Notes: a model not told the origin generated them from the sequence alone. Shown: positions 1 to 11,300, counted from the stretch's first letter. The stretch: DNA of 64,000 nucleotides from a bacterium (GCA_041664945.1 JBAYJY010000002.1:8721-72720), one strand, 5' to 3'. A program made the numbers and translations.

Positions 1-481
1 TGTCGGCGGACGCGCCGGAAAGGGCGGAGGAGTCGGCTTCGAGAAACCTGTCGACGCCGCCGGGCAGTCCGCGCCGCAACAGTCGCCATTTAGCTCCGTC
101 GGTGATTATGCCCCAGTCGATACTTTCGCTTTCGAGCGTTGAAATCAGGCGGCATCTTTCGGAAACGCTGTTCGGGTCTGCCGCCCGCAGAAGAACCGGT
201 TTAGATTTTTCCTGAGAGTTTGCGAGAACGATGCAGCCGCCGGTTTCGCGGATCGCGCGCAGGCCGAGAGCGTCGAGCGCCATGCCGGTGCGGCCGTTTT
301 TCGCCGCGTCATCCAGAGCTCCGCAAAGCGCATCAGACGTTTCGGGCGCTCTGCGCCATTCGCGCCACTTTTTCATTTCACGATCGAAAACAATATCGGA
401 AAACAGACGCTTGTTGGATAGCGGCGGAGTTGCCGGCGCGGCGGTTTCATCGCCGAAAATGGAAATTTGTTTCGCAGCCAT
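1..481 (-). CDS. partial CDS (N-terminal ~160 aa; gene continues past the left window edge), possible restriction-modification/BREX-type enzyme N-terminal domain
   Basis: The frame is open from ATG (complement of 479-481) to position 1. It is absent from the ORF track because it has no stop inside the window. My translation is MAAKQISIFGDETAAP...ESIDWGIITDGAKWRLLRRGLPGG. From memory, the WGIxTxGxxWRL motif recalls N-terminal nuclease-like domains of type IIG/BREX-like methyltransferase fusions; this is unverified. Confidence 0.35.
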   Translation of the reverse strand, partial: MAAKQISIFGDETAAPATPPLSNKRLFSDIVFDREMKKWREWRRAPETSDALCGALDDAAKNGRTGMALDALGLRAIRETGGCIVLANSQEKSKPVLLRAADPNSVSERCRLISTLESESIDWGIITDGAKWRLLRRGLPGGVDRFLEADSSALSGASAD

Positions 482-702
482 ATGAAGCCTCTCAAAATAT
501 ATCGGACATTGCCGGGCGCATTTGAAAATGCGTTCGGTTTGTCTCAAACGCTATATTACCACATCTGAGGCAAAAAGCGCCATGTTCGCGCGCGGAAGCG
601 CCGCGGCGCGGAATTTGGTGTATAATCAGAAATGCGAAAAGCCGACGCGAAAAAGTAAACGGATGAAATCCGGGCGAGCGGCCGCGGAGAGAGGCGACAA
701 CG

Positions 703-1305
703 ATGGAAAGATTCAACAACGAAATTGAAAGACTGAAGAATTATTTCGACGGAATTGATAAGGAGCGGGAGAAGGCGTATATAATCGCGCGCGAAATGAG
801 GCGCGATTCTGTGCAGGCGGTGCGCGTCATGCATCGCGGAAAATTCGACGAAGCGCGCGAGCTGATTGCGAAAGCCACCGTCACCGCGGGGCAACTGTCC
901 GAGTGCGGCGGCAGATTCGGGTTCGCCGAGGAGGCGCATCAGGAATATGTCGAGGCTGCGCTCACTCTCGCGTTTTTGCTGCATGAATCGCCTCCGACGC
1001 AGGAGGAACTCAAAACGACCGAGCGCGGCTATCTGCTCGGCCTCGCGGACGCCATCGGCGAACTGAGACGCCACATTCTCGGACTGCTGACAAAAGGCGA
1101 CATCGAAAACGCGAATGAATACATGGACCTCATGGACGATTTGTTCGGGATGATTATGAAGTTCGACCACACGGACGCCGTGTTGCCGCTGCGCCGCAAG
1201 CAGGACGCGTTCCGCTCGATCATCGAGCGCACGCGCGGCGACCTTACAAACATCATCTGCCAGCGGCGTCTCGAAAAATGCATCACCGATTCAACGGTGG
1301 AATGA
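703..1305 (+). CDS. translin-family protein
   Basis: 200 aa. The segment GYLLGLADAIGELRRHILGLLTKGDIENANEYMDLMDDLF...LPLRRKQDAFRSIIERTRGDL parallels the translin/TRAX C-terminal signature (DYLxGxxDxxGELxR ... LRKKxDxLK...E). The protein is predicted all-helical. Confidence 0.6.
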   Translation: MERFNNEIERLKNYFDGIDKEREKAYIIAREMRRDSVQAVRVMHRGKFDEARELIAKATVTAGQLSECGGRFGFAEEAHQEYVEAALTLAFLLHESPPTQEELKTTERGYLLGLADAIGELRRHILGLLTKGDIENANEYMDLMDDLFGMIMKFDHTDAVLPLRRKQDAFRSIIERTRGDLTNIICQRRLEKCITDSTVE

Positions 1306-1375
1306 GTTCGGGACGAAGTCGGGAATAAATCTCGCCGCGCCTGATATACCGTAGAAATTCGTATAAAATATCGAA

Positions 1376-3202
1376 ATGAACGAACGCAGGCCGAAAGTCA
1401 TATTGTTTCTCATGCTGGCGGTCGCGTATGCATATTTTTTCCACCCCGTTCTTTACGACAACCAGACGACGCGACTCGATTTGACGTGTTCGGTCGTTAC
1501 GCGCGGCGTGACGAACATCGATCTTTACGCGGACAACACGATGGACAAGGCGGTTTCCGGCGGGCATATCTATTGCGACAAGGCGCCCGGGCTGTCGCTG
1601 GCGGCGGTTCCGCCGGCGATGGCGCTGCGGGCGGCATTTTCGCGAGGCGGAGAGTTCGCGCTTTGCGCGCCGAACGGGTTGAAACTGCTTCATTTTATTC
1701 TTTCGCTTTTGCTTCTCGGAATTCCGACCGCGCTTGCGGCTGTGTTGCTGTATGGCATACTGCGCGACGTCGGCGCGGGGCCGGCGGGCGCTTTCCTGAT
1801 CGCGGCGGCGTGGGGGCTCGGAACGAACGCGTTCACGTATGCCACTCATTTTTACGACCATCAGTTCGCGGCGGTTCTGACGCTCGCCGCGCTTTATCTG
1901 ATATGGCGGCGCCGTGACGGCGAGGCCGATTACTGCGCAGGGCGTCTCGCGCTCATCGGCTTTTTAATCGCCTACGCGGCGATTTCGGAGTATCCGTCGG
2001 CGCTCACCGGCGCGATTCTCGGAATATTTCTGCTGACGCGTCTGAAAAAAAAGAGCCGGATACTGTGGGTTGCGCTCGGCGGCGTCGCGCCGCTCGCGCT
2101 GCTGGCTTATTACAATCATATTTCGTTCGGTTCCGCGTTCGCGCTTGGATATTTTCATGAAGCGCACCCATACTTTAAAGCGGAGATGGGGAAGGGGCTC
2201 GGCGGCGTGACCTATCCGCGACTTGATCGTCTGTTCGCGATATTGTTCACGCCGGAGAGAGGCCTTTTCTGGGGATCGCCGTTTTTGCTTGCGGCGGCTC
2301 CGGGTTTCGTGTTTCTGATCCGCCGCATGCGGGGCCTGGGATGGGCGTGTCTGGCTGTCGCCGTTGCGCGACTGCTTGTAAACTCTTCGTACTATGGTTA
2401 TATGGGCGGCTTTACGCCGGGACCGCGCTTTCTCGCGCCGGCTCTGCCGTTCTTAGCGATAGCGGTCGCCGCGTGCTGGAGAGAGGCGAAGCCGCGCGCT
2501 CGAATGGCGCTCGCCGGTTTGTGCGCGGGCTCAATTGCGTTGCAGACTGCTTTGAACGCGGTAGAACCGCACGCGCCGGAGATTTTCACTGCGCCGTTTA
2601 CCCAATACGGACTTAAACTTCTGTCTCTCGGATTCATTCCTGCAAACGCAGGCTCAGCAGTCGGTATGTCGGCGGCCGCTTCATTGGCGTTGATATCGAT
2701 TATTATTGTTTTTTGTCTCACATCAATTTATGTGACATATTCGCAGCGAGAGGGAATGGCGATTCGGTTTGCGGCTGCGCTCGCGGTGGCGACGCTGACC
2801 GTCGGCATCTACCTGACAGCCGGACTTTCGCTCAAGCAGCAAAAAAGCTATTTGGCGCATTTCTATATAGGCACGGCGCTTAGCCAGAACGGGCGGCAGG
2901 AGGCTGCGGTTCGCGAGTTGAGCGAATCCGTGAAAGAGCGACCCCGGTTCGCGCGCGCGCATTTCGGTCTTGGAAGCGCGTATGCAAAGCTCAAGAACTA
3001 TGAGAAAGCCGAGGAGGCTTTTCAGAAATCCTGTGAACTGAATCCGGATGATTTTCAATGTCTTATAAGCTGGTCGGCGTCGCAAATGATTATCGGCAAA
3101 ACGGCCGCGGCGCGGATCAACTGCGCGCGCGCTATGAAGTTGCGGCCCGGCAATCCGCTTGCGATTCAACTAATGAATGCGATCGACAGCTCGAATCAAT
3201 GA
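1376..3202 (+). CDS. polytopic membrane protein, ArnT/PMT-like (GT-C fold) glycosyltransferase candidate with C-terminal TPR repeats
   Basis: 608 aa with many hydrophobic segments. An early loop reads YADNTMDKAVSGGHIYCDKAPGLS, which is GT-C-like. The C-terminus has TPR-like repeats (AHFYIGTALSQNGRQEAAVRELSESVKERP / AHFGLGSAYAKLKNYEKAEEAFQKSCELNP). Confidence 0.5.
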   Translation: MNERRPKVILFLMLAVAYAYFFHPVLYDNQTTRLDLTCSVVTRGVTNIDLYADNTMDKAVSGGHIYCDKAPGLSLAAVPPAMALRAAFSRGGEFALCAPNGLKLLHFILSLLLLGIPTALAAVLLYGILRDVGAGPAGAFLIAAAWGLGTNAFTYATHFYDHQFAAVLTLAALYLIWRRRDGEADYCAGRLALIGFLIAYAAISEYPSALTGAILGIFLLTRLKKKSRILWVALGGVAPLALLAYYNHISFGSAFALGYFHEAHPYFKAEMGKGLGGVTYPRLDRLFAILFTPERGLFWGSPFLLAAAPGFVFLIRRMRGLGWACLAVAVARLLVNSSYYGYMGGFTPGPRFLAPALPFLAIAVAACWREAKPRARMALAGLCAGSIALQTALNAVEPHAPEIFTAPFTQYGLKLLSLGFIPANAGSAVGMSAAASLALISIIIVFCLTSIYVTYSQREGMAIRFAAALAVATLTVGIYLTAGLSLKQQKSYLAHFYIGTALSQNGRQEAAVRELSESVKERPRFARAHFGLGSAYAKLKNYEKAEEAFQKSCELNPDDFQCLISWSASQMIIGKTAAARINCARAMKLRPGNPLAIQLMNAIDSSNQ

Positions 3203-3229
3203 AAAATAATAACATTCAATAGAATACCG

Positions 3230-5044
3230 CTATTTTATCCCTGTGAAAAAGTCGTCGTATTCTTTTTTCGCGGCGCGGGCGATCATCGGCTGCGCGAAGC
3301 GCCACGCGAATTCCTCGAGTTTTTTGAATGCCGGCGCGAGGAACTTCATTATGGATTCGCTCTTCGGAAGGATTTTTTCATCGAGAAGCGAAGGCAGCAT
3401 TTCGCAGATGAGTTTTTGCTCGCGTTCTACTCCGACTATGCCCTTGCGGTTGAATCCCTGCTGATATTTGTGGTTGCGCATCGGACTCTTGAAGTCGCGG
3501 TAGATCCAGATGAACCATCCGGAAATCCAGTCGAGTCCGTTGATCGTCCGGATGTAATGCGCAAGAAATTCAGCCTGCCGGTTCTCGGAATATTTTGAGC
3601 GCCGTTTCGGTGAGCGGAATCCCGAGCGTGCGCAGGCGCCGAACTCGGTGACGAGCCACGGCTTGTCAGGCGCTGTCTCACGCGTCGCTGTGAGCAAACC
3701 GGCGAGTTCCTTTTCGTCTCCGAAGTACCATCCGAGGTAGCAATTGACGCAGCAGACGTCGGACGCCTTTCGCGTTTCGTCTATGAGAAAGCGGGATGAA
3801 ACGTAAGTGACGAGTCGCGTTTCGTCGAGCGAGCGCGCTTCAGCCAGAAGGCGCTGGATGAACAGGTCGCATGCCTCGTTCTCCACAGGAACTTCGTTTC
3901 CGACCGACCACTGAATCACCGACGGATGATTGAAATCACGCGCTATCATATCGCGCAGCATGCTTTCTGCTTTTTCGTACACCGAGCGGCTTTCGTAATC
4001 GATGTCCCAGTAAACGGGGATTTCTTCGAGGACGAGCAGTCCTATTTCATCGGCTGCGTCGAGAAGCGCCTCGTCGTGCGTGTAGTGAGCGGTTCGCAGA
4101 GCGTTGAATCCGAGTTTTTTAATGTCGCGCGCGTCGCGGAAACGTTCTTCCCGCGGGATCGAGCGCCCGTAAGGCATAAGCTCTTCGTGCAGGCTGTCTC
4201 CTTTGAGCTTGATCGGTTTTCCGTTGAAAATGATGCGCGGACCGAAAGTTCTGATTTCGCGGACACCGAAGCGGACAGAGTGATTTTCGGCGTTCACGCC
4301 AGGCGCCGGTTTGAGTTCAAGCATATATAAAGAGGGTGTTTCCGGCGACCAGAGTTTCGCGTTTGGAATTATAATTTCGAACGAGCCGTCGAGCGCATGG
4401 CTTTCGATCACTCCCGAAGCTATCGGTTTATCCGGTTCGCCGCATTCGGTCACCAACCAGGAAAACGGGAACGTCTGTATTTGCTGATAGTTTACAGTGA
4501 TCTCCGCGCCGCCGTCCGAAAGGATGCTTGTTCTGACGCGCGCGTCTTTGAATCTGAACGGGCTGCGAATGAGAAGTTCAACGTCGCGGACAATTCCGCC
4601 GTAGTTGAACCAGTCGAAGAGCGCGCCGGGAATTCTGCGCGATGAGCGGAAATTTTCAGCCATTACGACGAGACGGTTGCCGCCTGGAAGCAGGCGTTCA
4701 TTCGGGACATTGAACTCGAAGGGCAGATAACCGCCCTCGTGGATGCCTATCTCGCGTCCGTTGACCCAGGCGCGGCAGAGATAGTTAACGGCGAGAAAAC
4801 GAATCGCGATTTCGGAATCGGCTTCGCCGGGGAGATCGAAATCAGTCGCATACCAGAAAATGCCTTCGTACCGCTCATAGCGCGGATCGGCATTCCAGCA
4901 TGACGGGACATCGACGCTTTTCCATTCCGGAATATCCGGCCCGGAGTTATTGACCCGGAACCATTCCTGATTCAGTCCCGTTTGTTTCGGGTCGGGACGT
5001 CCGCGCCATTCGCCGGAAAGCAATATATTCATTGATGACTCCAA
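3230..5044 (-). CDS. glycoside hydrolase family 2 (beta-galactosidase/beta-glucuronidase-like)
   Basis: 604 aa. GH2 hallmarks are present: FNALRTAHYTHDE, HPSVIQWSVGNEV (acid/base Glu) and PWLVTEFGA (nucleophile Glu). An N-terminal sugar-binding-like region contains FWYATDF. Confidence 0.85.
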   Translation of the reverse strand: MESSMNILLSGEWRGRPDPKQTGLNQEWFRVNNSGPDIPEWKSVDVPSCWNADPRYERYEGIFWYATDFDLPGEADSEIAIRFLAVNYLCRAWVNGREIGIHEGGYLPFEFNVPNERLLPGGNRLVVMAENFRSSRRIPGALFDWFNYGGIVRDVELLIRSPFRFKDARVRTSILSDGGAEITVNYQQIQTFPFSWLVTECGEPDKPIASGVIESHALDGSFEIIIPNAKLWSPETPSLYMLELKPAPGVNAENHSVRFGVREIRTFGPRIIFNGKPIKLKGDSLHEELMPYGRSIPREERFRDARDIKKLGFNALRTAHYTHDEALLDAADEIGLLVLEEIPVYWDIDYESRSVYEKAESMLRDMIARDFNHPSVIQWSVGNEVPVENEACDLFIQRLLAEARSLDETRLVTYVSSRFLIDETRKASDVCCVNCYLGWYFGDEKELAGLLTATRETAPDKPWLVTEFGACARSGFRSPKRRSKYSENRQAEFLAHYIRTINGLDWISGWFIWIYRDFKSPMRNHKYQQGFNRKGIVGVEREQKLICEMLPSLLDEKILPKSESIMKFLAPAFKKLEEFAWRFAQPMIARAAKKEYDDFFTGIK

Positions 5045-6055
5045 TCATTTGTTTAATAGCAGAATCGATGTGAGAAAAACGAATAAAGAGATAAAGAAAG
5101 CCGCGCGCCGCGCTCCCGCGGGCAAAGCGGCCATGAGGCGTGTTGAGAAAAGATGCGCGCCGGCGAACCCGGCGGTGACCATGACGATCGGCAACCACGG
5201 AACAGGTCCCGCCGCGACTGAAAAGGCGGCCCCCGCGCCGGATTTTGAGAAGACGATTTTTCCGACTATAAGCGGCATGGCGGCGAAAGGCAGGCCGTGA
5301 ATGATTCCCGTGATGTCCTCATTCATGAAAAACAGATATGAGAAATAGAGGAGCGCGACGAGCGACACCGTCCAGGAGAACTCAAGATATCCGAACCAGA
5401 AGCCGATGACCGGCCCGGCGGCGAGACTCCATGCCCAGTGGCGGCCGCCTGAACCGTCGGAGCGCATCGCCCACTTGGAGATTCCGAGAATTATTGTGGC
5501 GGCTGCGATGAACCCGGTCGGGTATGGGCCGGCGAACACTCCCCTGAACAGTTCATAAAATGACGCTGAAGTTTCGCGCATCTGCATGGAGAGGTACATC
5601 ACCGGAAGCGCGGTCGCAGGGATGAGAACGGCCGGTTCGTAACGTATTCTCTGCTTTTTAATGCCGTCGTAAGCGGCTACGGCTGCCATGACAAAAGTAA
5701 AAAATAAAATCGAAAGTTCGGGAGTGAAATAACGGTGCAGAAGCCCGGAAGGGAAACATGCGACGACAGACGGCGGCGCGCCGTAGTAAGCGGCAATTCT
5801 TGCCGGGAGCGAGTACCAAAGAGGGTTGCCGGAAAAACCGGCGAGCATGCCAGACGCGAGCGAAGCGGCATATCTAAGCGTGGAGCCGGCGCCGAGCAGC
5901 GCTTCAAACGCAAAAACGAGGCATACGGAAGCGAAGAGTATCGCCGCGAACATGATCGACGGCCTGAGACCGGCGTCGGATCCGGCGGGCGATTTCTTTT
6001 TCGACGCCGGCTTTTTCCCTCCGCCTTTTTTTGATTGCTTCGCTTTTTTTGCCAT
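5045..6055 (-). CDS. hypothetical polytopic membrane protein with Lys-rich N-terminus
   Basis: The ORF abuts the GH2 start with no intergenic base. Its start is ambiguous: ATG at 6055 (MAKKAKQSKKGGGKK) or TTG at 6088 as in the track. It has 8 or more hydrophobic helices and no motif I recognise. Confidence 0.5.
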   Translation of the reverse strand: MAKKAKQSKKGGGKKPASKKKSPAGSDAGLRPSIMFAAILFASVCLVFAFEALLGAGSTLRYAASLASGMLAGFSGNPLWYSLPARIAAYYGAPPSVVACFPSGLLHRYFTPELSILFFTFVMAAVAAYDGIKKQRIRYEPAVLIPATALPVMYLSMQMRETSASFYELFRGVFAGPYPTGFIAAATIILGISKWAMRSDGSGGRHWAWSLAAGPVIGFWFGYLEFSWTVSLVALLYFSYLFFMNEDITGIIHGLPFAAMPLIVGKIVFSKSGAGAAFSVAAGPVPWLPIVMVTAGFAGAHLFSTRLMAALPAGARRAAFFISLFVFLTSILLLNK

Positions 6056-6164
6056 CGTACCTGTCGCCAGTCCCCGGAACAGCCGCAATTTTCATTTTTT
6101 CACTTCTATAATATCAAAATATAGAGAGGATTATTTCATAGTTGCAAATACAGGCATGATAAAT

Positions 6165-6193
6165 TTGATTTGCACGTGACGGCGCTTCATAAT
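6165..6193 (+). promoter_or_regulatory. candidate sigma-70 promoter (TTGATT-N17-CATAAT)
   Basis: TTGATT lies at 6165-6170, followed by a 17-nt spacer and CATAAT at 6188-6193. This is about 15 nt upstream of the inositol monophosphatase-family ORF. Confidence 0.35.
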
Positions 6194-6207
6194 AATCGGA
6201 ATACAGA

Positions 6208-7023
6208 ATGCGAGGGATGACAGTGGAAATTCAACCGAGCGAGTTGCTGAAAAAAATCCGGCGCGCTACCGATCCGGCCTGCGAGACAGCGCTTAAATAT
6301 TTCGGAAAGGTCCAGGGCGAACTAAAGCCGGACAAAACATACATGACGGAGGCCGACACTGAAATCGAGACGCTTTTGATGAAGAAGTTGCCGAAGATCA
6401 TCGAGGGCTCGGTAGTTGTCGGAGAAGAAACGGCGCCGGATCGGGCGGCGACACGCGAGCTGAAGCGAAGGGAATTCGTCTGGGTGATAGATCCGATAGA
6501 CGGGACGGCGTCGTTCATAGACGGGTTGCCGATGTTCTGTATTTGCGTCGGGTTGATGAGGGCCGGCGAGCTTTATGCGGGCGTGTTGCGGTTCCCGGCG
6601 ACCGGGGAAATATATGAAGCTGTGAGAGGATACGGGGCGTTTTACAACGGGAAAAGAATACGGATCGACGCGAAAACAGAATTGAGACACGAGGCGCCGA
6701 TCTACGTTCCGCCGAAGGCGCACCTGAAATATAAGATTGCTTATACCGGAAAGACGAGGAGTATAGGGAGCGCGGCGGCGCATGTGGCGATGGTGTCGCG
6801 CGGAGCGGCGCTGGCGTCTGTGGCGAACGCCTATCTGTGGGACTTCGCGGCTGCGGCTGCGATCCTGACCGAGGCGGGCGGCGAGTTGCGATATCTCGAC
6901 GGCAAGCGGGTAAACTGGCCTTCTTTGATCGCGAGTCGCGAGAAGCTGCGCATGCCGGTCCTCGCCGCCGAACGCTCCCGCTGGCGCGATGTCGCCTCAA
7001 TGATTAAGTTTATTGGAAAATAA
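6208..7023 (+). CDS. inositol monophosphatase family protein
   Basis: 271 aa. It carries the WVIDPIDGTASFIDGLPMF motif and an upstream EADTEIE metal-binding motif. The start is uncertain (ATG 6208, ATG 6217 or GTG 6223). Confidence 0.85.
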   Translation: MRGMTVEIQPSELLKKIRRATDPACETALKYFGKVQGELKPDKTYMTEADTEIETLLMKKLPKIIEGSVVVGEETAPDRAATRELKRREFVWVIDPIDGTASFIDGLPMFCICVGLMRAGELYAGVLRFPATGEIYEAVRGYGAFYNGKRIRIDAKTELRHEAPIYVPPKAHLKYKIAYTGKTRSIGSAAAHVAMVSRGAALASVANAYLWDFAAAAAILTEAGGELRYLDGKRVNWPSLIASREKLRMPVLAAERSRWRDVASMIKFIGK

Positions 7024-7077
7024 ACGTGAAGCGTATATGCCTGAGATTAAAAACAGATCGCATTAACTGAAACGATT

Positions 7078-8082
7078 TTACAATGAGCCTTTCCAGATAA
7101 AAGAGCCGGAAACATTGATATAGCCGATCTTTCTGCCTGCCATTTCGACGTATATGTAACCGCCGGGTTTTATATCCGCGTCTCTGAATTGAGGATTGAA
7201 CAGGAATTGGCCGTCTTTGACGATGACTCCCCACTTGCCGCTCGATTTCACCGCCGCAAGACCGGAGTTGAATAATGTTACATCGTCGTATTGCGGCGCG
7301 ATCACTACTTTCCCTGATTTATCGATATATCCCCAGCGGTTCCCTTTTGCGATGCCTGCCCGGCCTTCGCGAAAACCTGTCGCTCCGTCGTACTTCGGCG
7401 GGAAAATCATTTTCCCTGTTTTGTCTATATAACCCCATTTGTCTTTGATTCTCACCGCCGCAAGGTTTTCCTCGAATGGTTTCGCCGCATCAAATTTTTG
7501 TTTGAAAGCCTGCTTGCCTGTCGCGTCAATGAACATATACCGGCACTCTGTTTCAGAACACGTGTCAGCGACCGCCGCCAGCCCCTGGGAAAAATCCGAT
7601 GCGTTGTTGAATTTCGAATCGATGACGATCTCTCCGCTTGCGTTTATATAGCCCCATTTCTCGCCGATTTGAACGGGCGCAAGTCCGCCTATGAAGGAGC
7701 CGGCGGCGATATATTGCGGCGCTATAACCACCTCGCCGGATGTGTTAATATAGCCCCACGAGCTGTCGATCTGCGCTCCCGCGAGTCCTTCGGAGAACGG
7801 CATTGTATTCTCGAATTGCGGTTTTATCGTCACGTTGCCTTGCGCGTCGATATAACCCCATTTTGAACCGACGGTCATGTCTGCCAAGCCTTCGGAAAAA
7901 GTTCCGATACCATTATATTTAGGAGGCACGATAACTCGGCCGAGCCTGTCTATCAGCCCCTGTTTGCCGCTGACATATATCAAAAGAAGGTCTTTGCCCG
8001 CGGCTGTGTTATCGGCGCCGAAACATGAGGAAGCGCTTAGAGCCGCCAGCAGCAATAACAGCGAGGCGCTTAACTTTTTCAT
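7078..8082 (-). CDS. secreted WG-repeat (KWG-type) protein
   Basis: 334 aa. The signal peptide is MKKLSASLLLLLAALSASSCFG. About 9 tandem ~35-aa repeats follow, of the form KWGYIDxxGxxVIxPxYD. Confidence 0.8.
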   Translation of the reverse strand: MKKLSASLLLLLAALSASSCFGADNTAAGKDLLLIYVSGKQGLIDRLGRVIVPPKYNGIGTFSEGLADMTVGSKWGYIDAQGNVTIKPQFENTMPFSEGLAGAQIDSSWGYINTSGEVVIAPQYIAAGSFIGGLAPVQIGEKWGYINASGEIVIDSKFNNASDFSQGLAAVADTCSETECRYMFIDATGKQAFKQKFDAAKPFEENLAAVRIKDKWGYIDKTGKMIFPPKYDGATGFREGRAGIAKGNRWGYIDKSGKVVIAPQYDDVTLFNSGLAAVKSSGKWGVIVKDGQFLFNPQFRDADIKPGGYIYVEMAGRKIGYINVSGSFIWKGSL

Positions 8083-8376
8083 AAATCAATCTCCCGCTCA
8101 TCGTCATTTCAATCGGTTATATTATATCGCAAATCGAACTCCGACAAACGTTGATTTTCTGATCTGACATTACACATGACGAAATGAACCTCTTGGCGTC
8201 GACAAATCCGACATCATTTTCTACTGACGTTCTAACGGTGAAACATTTTATTGCATTTATGATAGTTATTATGTTTTCATACGTTTAAAGTTAACTTATC
8301 GGGGAAGATATTAATCAGGCAAATTATTTTTCGCATACGACCAGTTGCATTAAAGTAAATATTTTTGGGGGAATAA

Positions 8377-11300
8377 ATGGCGTCAGCTAAGAAACGCTCA
8401 TTCCGGCTCATATTGTCATTTTTTATCATTTTCATTTCAACACAAGCGGGGGCAAAAGAGCTAAAGCTAACTCAGGGTTGGCAAATAGTAAGTGTTCCGG
8501 TCAAAGCCATCTCGTCAGGCGAAACGCCAAGCGACATAGCGGCAAATACTTCGATATATTCGTATGATGCCGGTCAAGTGGCAGAGGCGGTAGGCAAACC
8601 GCTTGTTTCCGGACGGGGCTATTGGATATACATGCGCGAAGCAAAGACAATAAGCGTCCCCGAAGTGAAGGCCGGACCGGACAGCGCATTCAAGGTGAAA
8701 CTCGAACCGGGCTGGAACATCATCGGAAACCCATACGAATATCCGCTGGACCCGGCTGTGTCGTTGCGCATATCAGGCGCCGCGTTTCAGGACTCGAAGA
8801 AAGTGATTCCCGTTTTGTTGACGTATGACGGCGATAGCGGAACATATCGATACGCGCAGATTCTCGAACAATGGAAGGGGTATTGCGTTTATGCGAATGA
8901 GGCGGCAGAACTGGAGATAATTCCGGCGATATATGAAGGGCCTGTGCCCGATATGCCGGATTTGTATGTGTTTCCGTTTAACGGAGGGGCTCAGATAGCG
9001 GATGCGGGCAACGGGGTAAAGTATGTAGCCGGCCAGTTGATCGCGGCGTTTGGCTCCGGAATTACGTATGAAGAAGCGTCGCGCGTCGCGCGCGAGGCAG
9101 GATTGTCCGTGGCCGGCGGGGATCGCGATGCCGGCGTGTACCAATTACAGATACCGCCGGGAATGAATGCAGAAGCGGCGGAGTCGGCGCTCGCAGCCGC
9201 TGGAGGCGTAATAGAGGTAGCGAAAAATTATCTATTTAAAGTGCAGGCTGTTCCGAATGATCCGGTTTTCACCGTGCCGCCGGTTGCAGGGGCGGGGTGG
9301 GGTTTTGAGAAGATTGGAATGCCGGGACTATGGGCGGAGTTCGCGCCGAAGAACGCGCCGGTTGTCGCCGCGCTTGACACCGGCGTCGACAAAACGCATC
9401 CTGAACTCGCCGGCCGCGTTTTGGAAGGCAGGAACTTCGTGAACTCCTCGGCGGGCGCGGACACGAGTGATGAGAACGGGCATGGAACGCAGGTAGCGGG
9501 GGTGATAGCGGCGGCTGGCAACAACTCGGCGGGCATGGCAGGCGTGTGCTGGAACTGCCGGATTCTGCCGGTGAAGGTGTGCGACGCGTCGGGACAGTGT
9601 CCCATGATGTCGATAATGAACGGAATAAGTTATGCGGCCGACATGAAGGCTCCGATAATAAATCTCGGAATCGGCGGCGACATGCCGCTCGACGACGCTG
9701 CGAAAGCAATAATCAGGATTTATGTAAAGTTGGCCCGGTCGAAGGGATCGATAATTGTGGCGCCCGCCGGGAACTCGTCTACGGACAATTTCGGAACTCT
9801 CACCGGAACGGACTCCGGGGTGGTGAATGTCGCGGCGACGGACGCGAACGACAATCGAGCGACATTCTCGAACTATGGCGGCATGGTAAACGTGGCGGCT
9901 CCAGGAGAGAATATTTATACGACCGATATGAACGGCGGATATAAGACGGTGAGCGGCACATCGATGAGCGCCGCGTTTGTATCGGGCGCGGCGGCGCTGC
10001 TGATTTCCGCAGGCGACAATTTAACTGTTGCGAATGCGATAGACCTGATCGCGGTGACTGTTGACCCGGTAAGCTCGAACGAGCCGATCGGCGGAAGACT
10101 GAACGTATCCTTGGCGATGAAATATTACAGACATTACACAAATAAGGCGCCGGAGATTGTGAATGTCGAAGTGATGCCGGGCGCAACGAACAAATCATAT
10201 ACGCTGAAAGCTAATGTCACCGATCAGGATGGGGACGCAATTACATACAAGTGGGCGGCTGGGAGCGGAGTTTTCAGCGCCGGCGCGGCCCAAAAGACAT
10301 GGACGCTGGACAAAGAGATAAAGGGCGTATACACGATAACGCTGACGGCGACCGACGCTTTCGGAGGCTCTGCTGAAAGCCGCGTTGGCGTGAATGTGAG
10401 CGGAACCGACCCGGCGCAGTTGACGGTGAAGGTCATTGATGCGAACGGCGTGGCGGTGACGGGGGCTATGGCGGAAGTGGGAGGCTCCGGGACGTTCACG
10501 ACCGGAGCGGACGGGCGGTTCTCCGTAAATGCCGGAGCGGCGGACGGCGTTTACGCTATTAAGATAAAGATAATAAAAGAAGGATTTGTCGACAAATTCG
10601 CAACGTTCCGGGTTTTAGCAGGTTCGCTTGAAAACGGAACGCAGAACATGACGGTTGAGCTTGAGCGTACGCCGACAGGTTCTGGAGCGGCGCGAGGACT
10701 TATAGTGCATGCTGACGGCACGACTGACACGGCGCTGCCGTCGAACGGAAGCGCTGCGGCGACGGTGACCGTCGGCGCGACAGACAGGGCTGTAGAGTTC
10801 ATCACGCCCGAGGTTGGCGGCGAACCGGCGAAAGTCGGCATTAAGTTCGGCGATGAAACAGGCGCCGGACCAGGAGCGGCGGCCACGCTCGGAGTTACAG
10901 GCCAAGTCACGGCCTCGATAATTTACGGCGATCCGACATCGGAAAGCGACATATTAAGAATGTTCCCCGGTGAATTTCTGACGAATGGCGACACGGGTTT
11001 CGGCGGTTCGGGAGAAGGCGCGCTTGTAACGGGCGGTTTCGCGCGAATCGATCTGACCGACGCGGCGGGCGCCCCGATCAAGAATTTCGCGGCGGGCGCG
11101 GAGGCGCTGGTGACAATGCGAATGCCGTTCGGCGTGCAGAACCCTGAAACTGGAAAAATGGCGGCGCAGGGCGATACGATTCCGATTCTCTTCTACGACG
11201 AGAATGCTGGCGAATGGATTGTAGAGCATGAAGCGGCCGGCTCGGTGAAACGCGCCGAAATCCAGCAGGACGCGGACGGAATGTTCGTGCAGTTCAAAGT

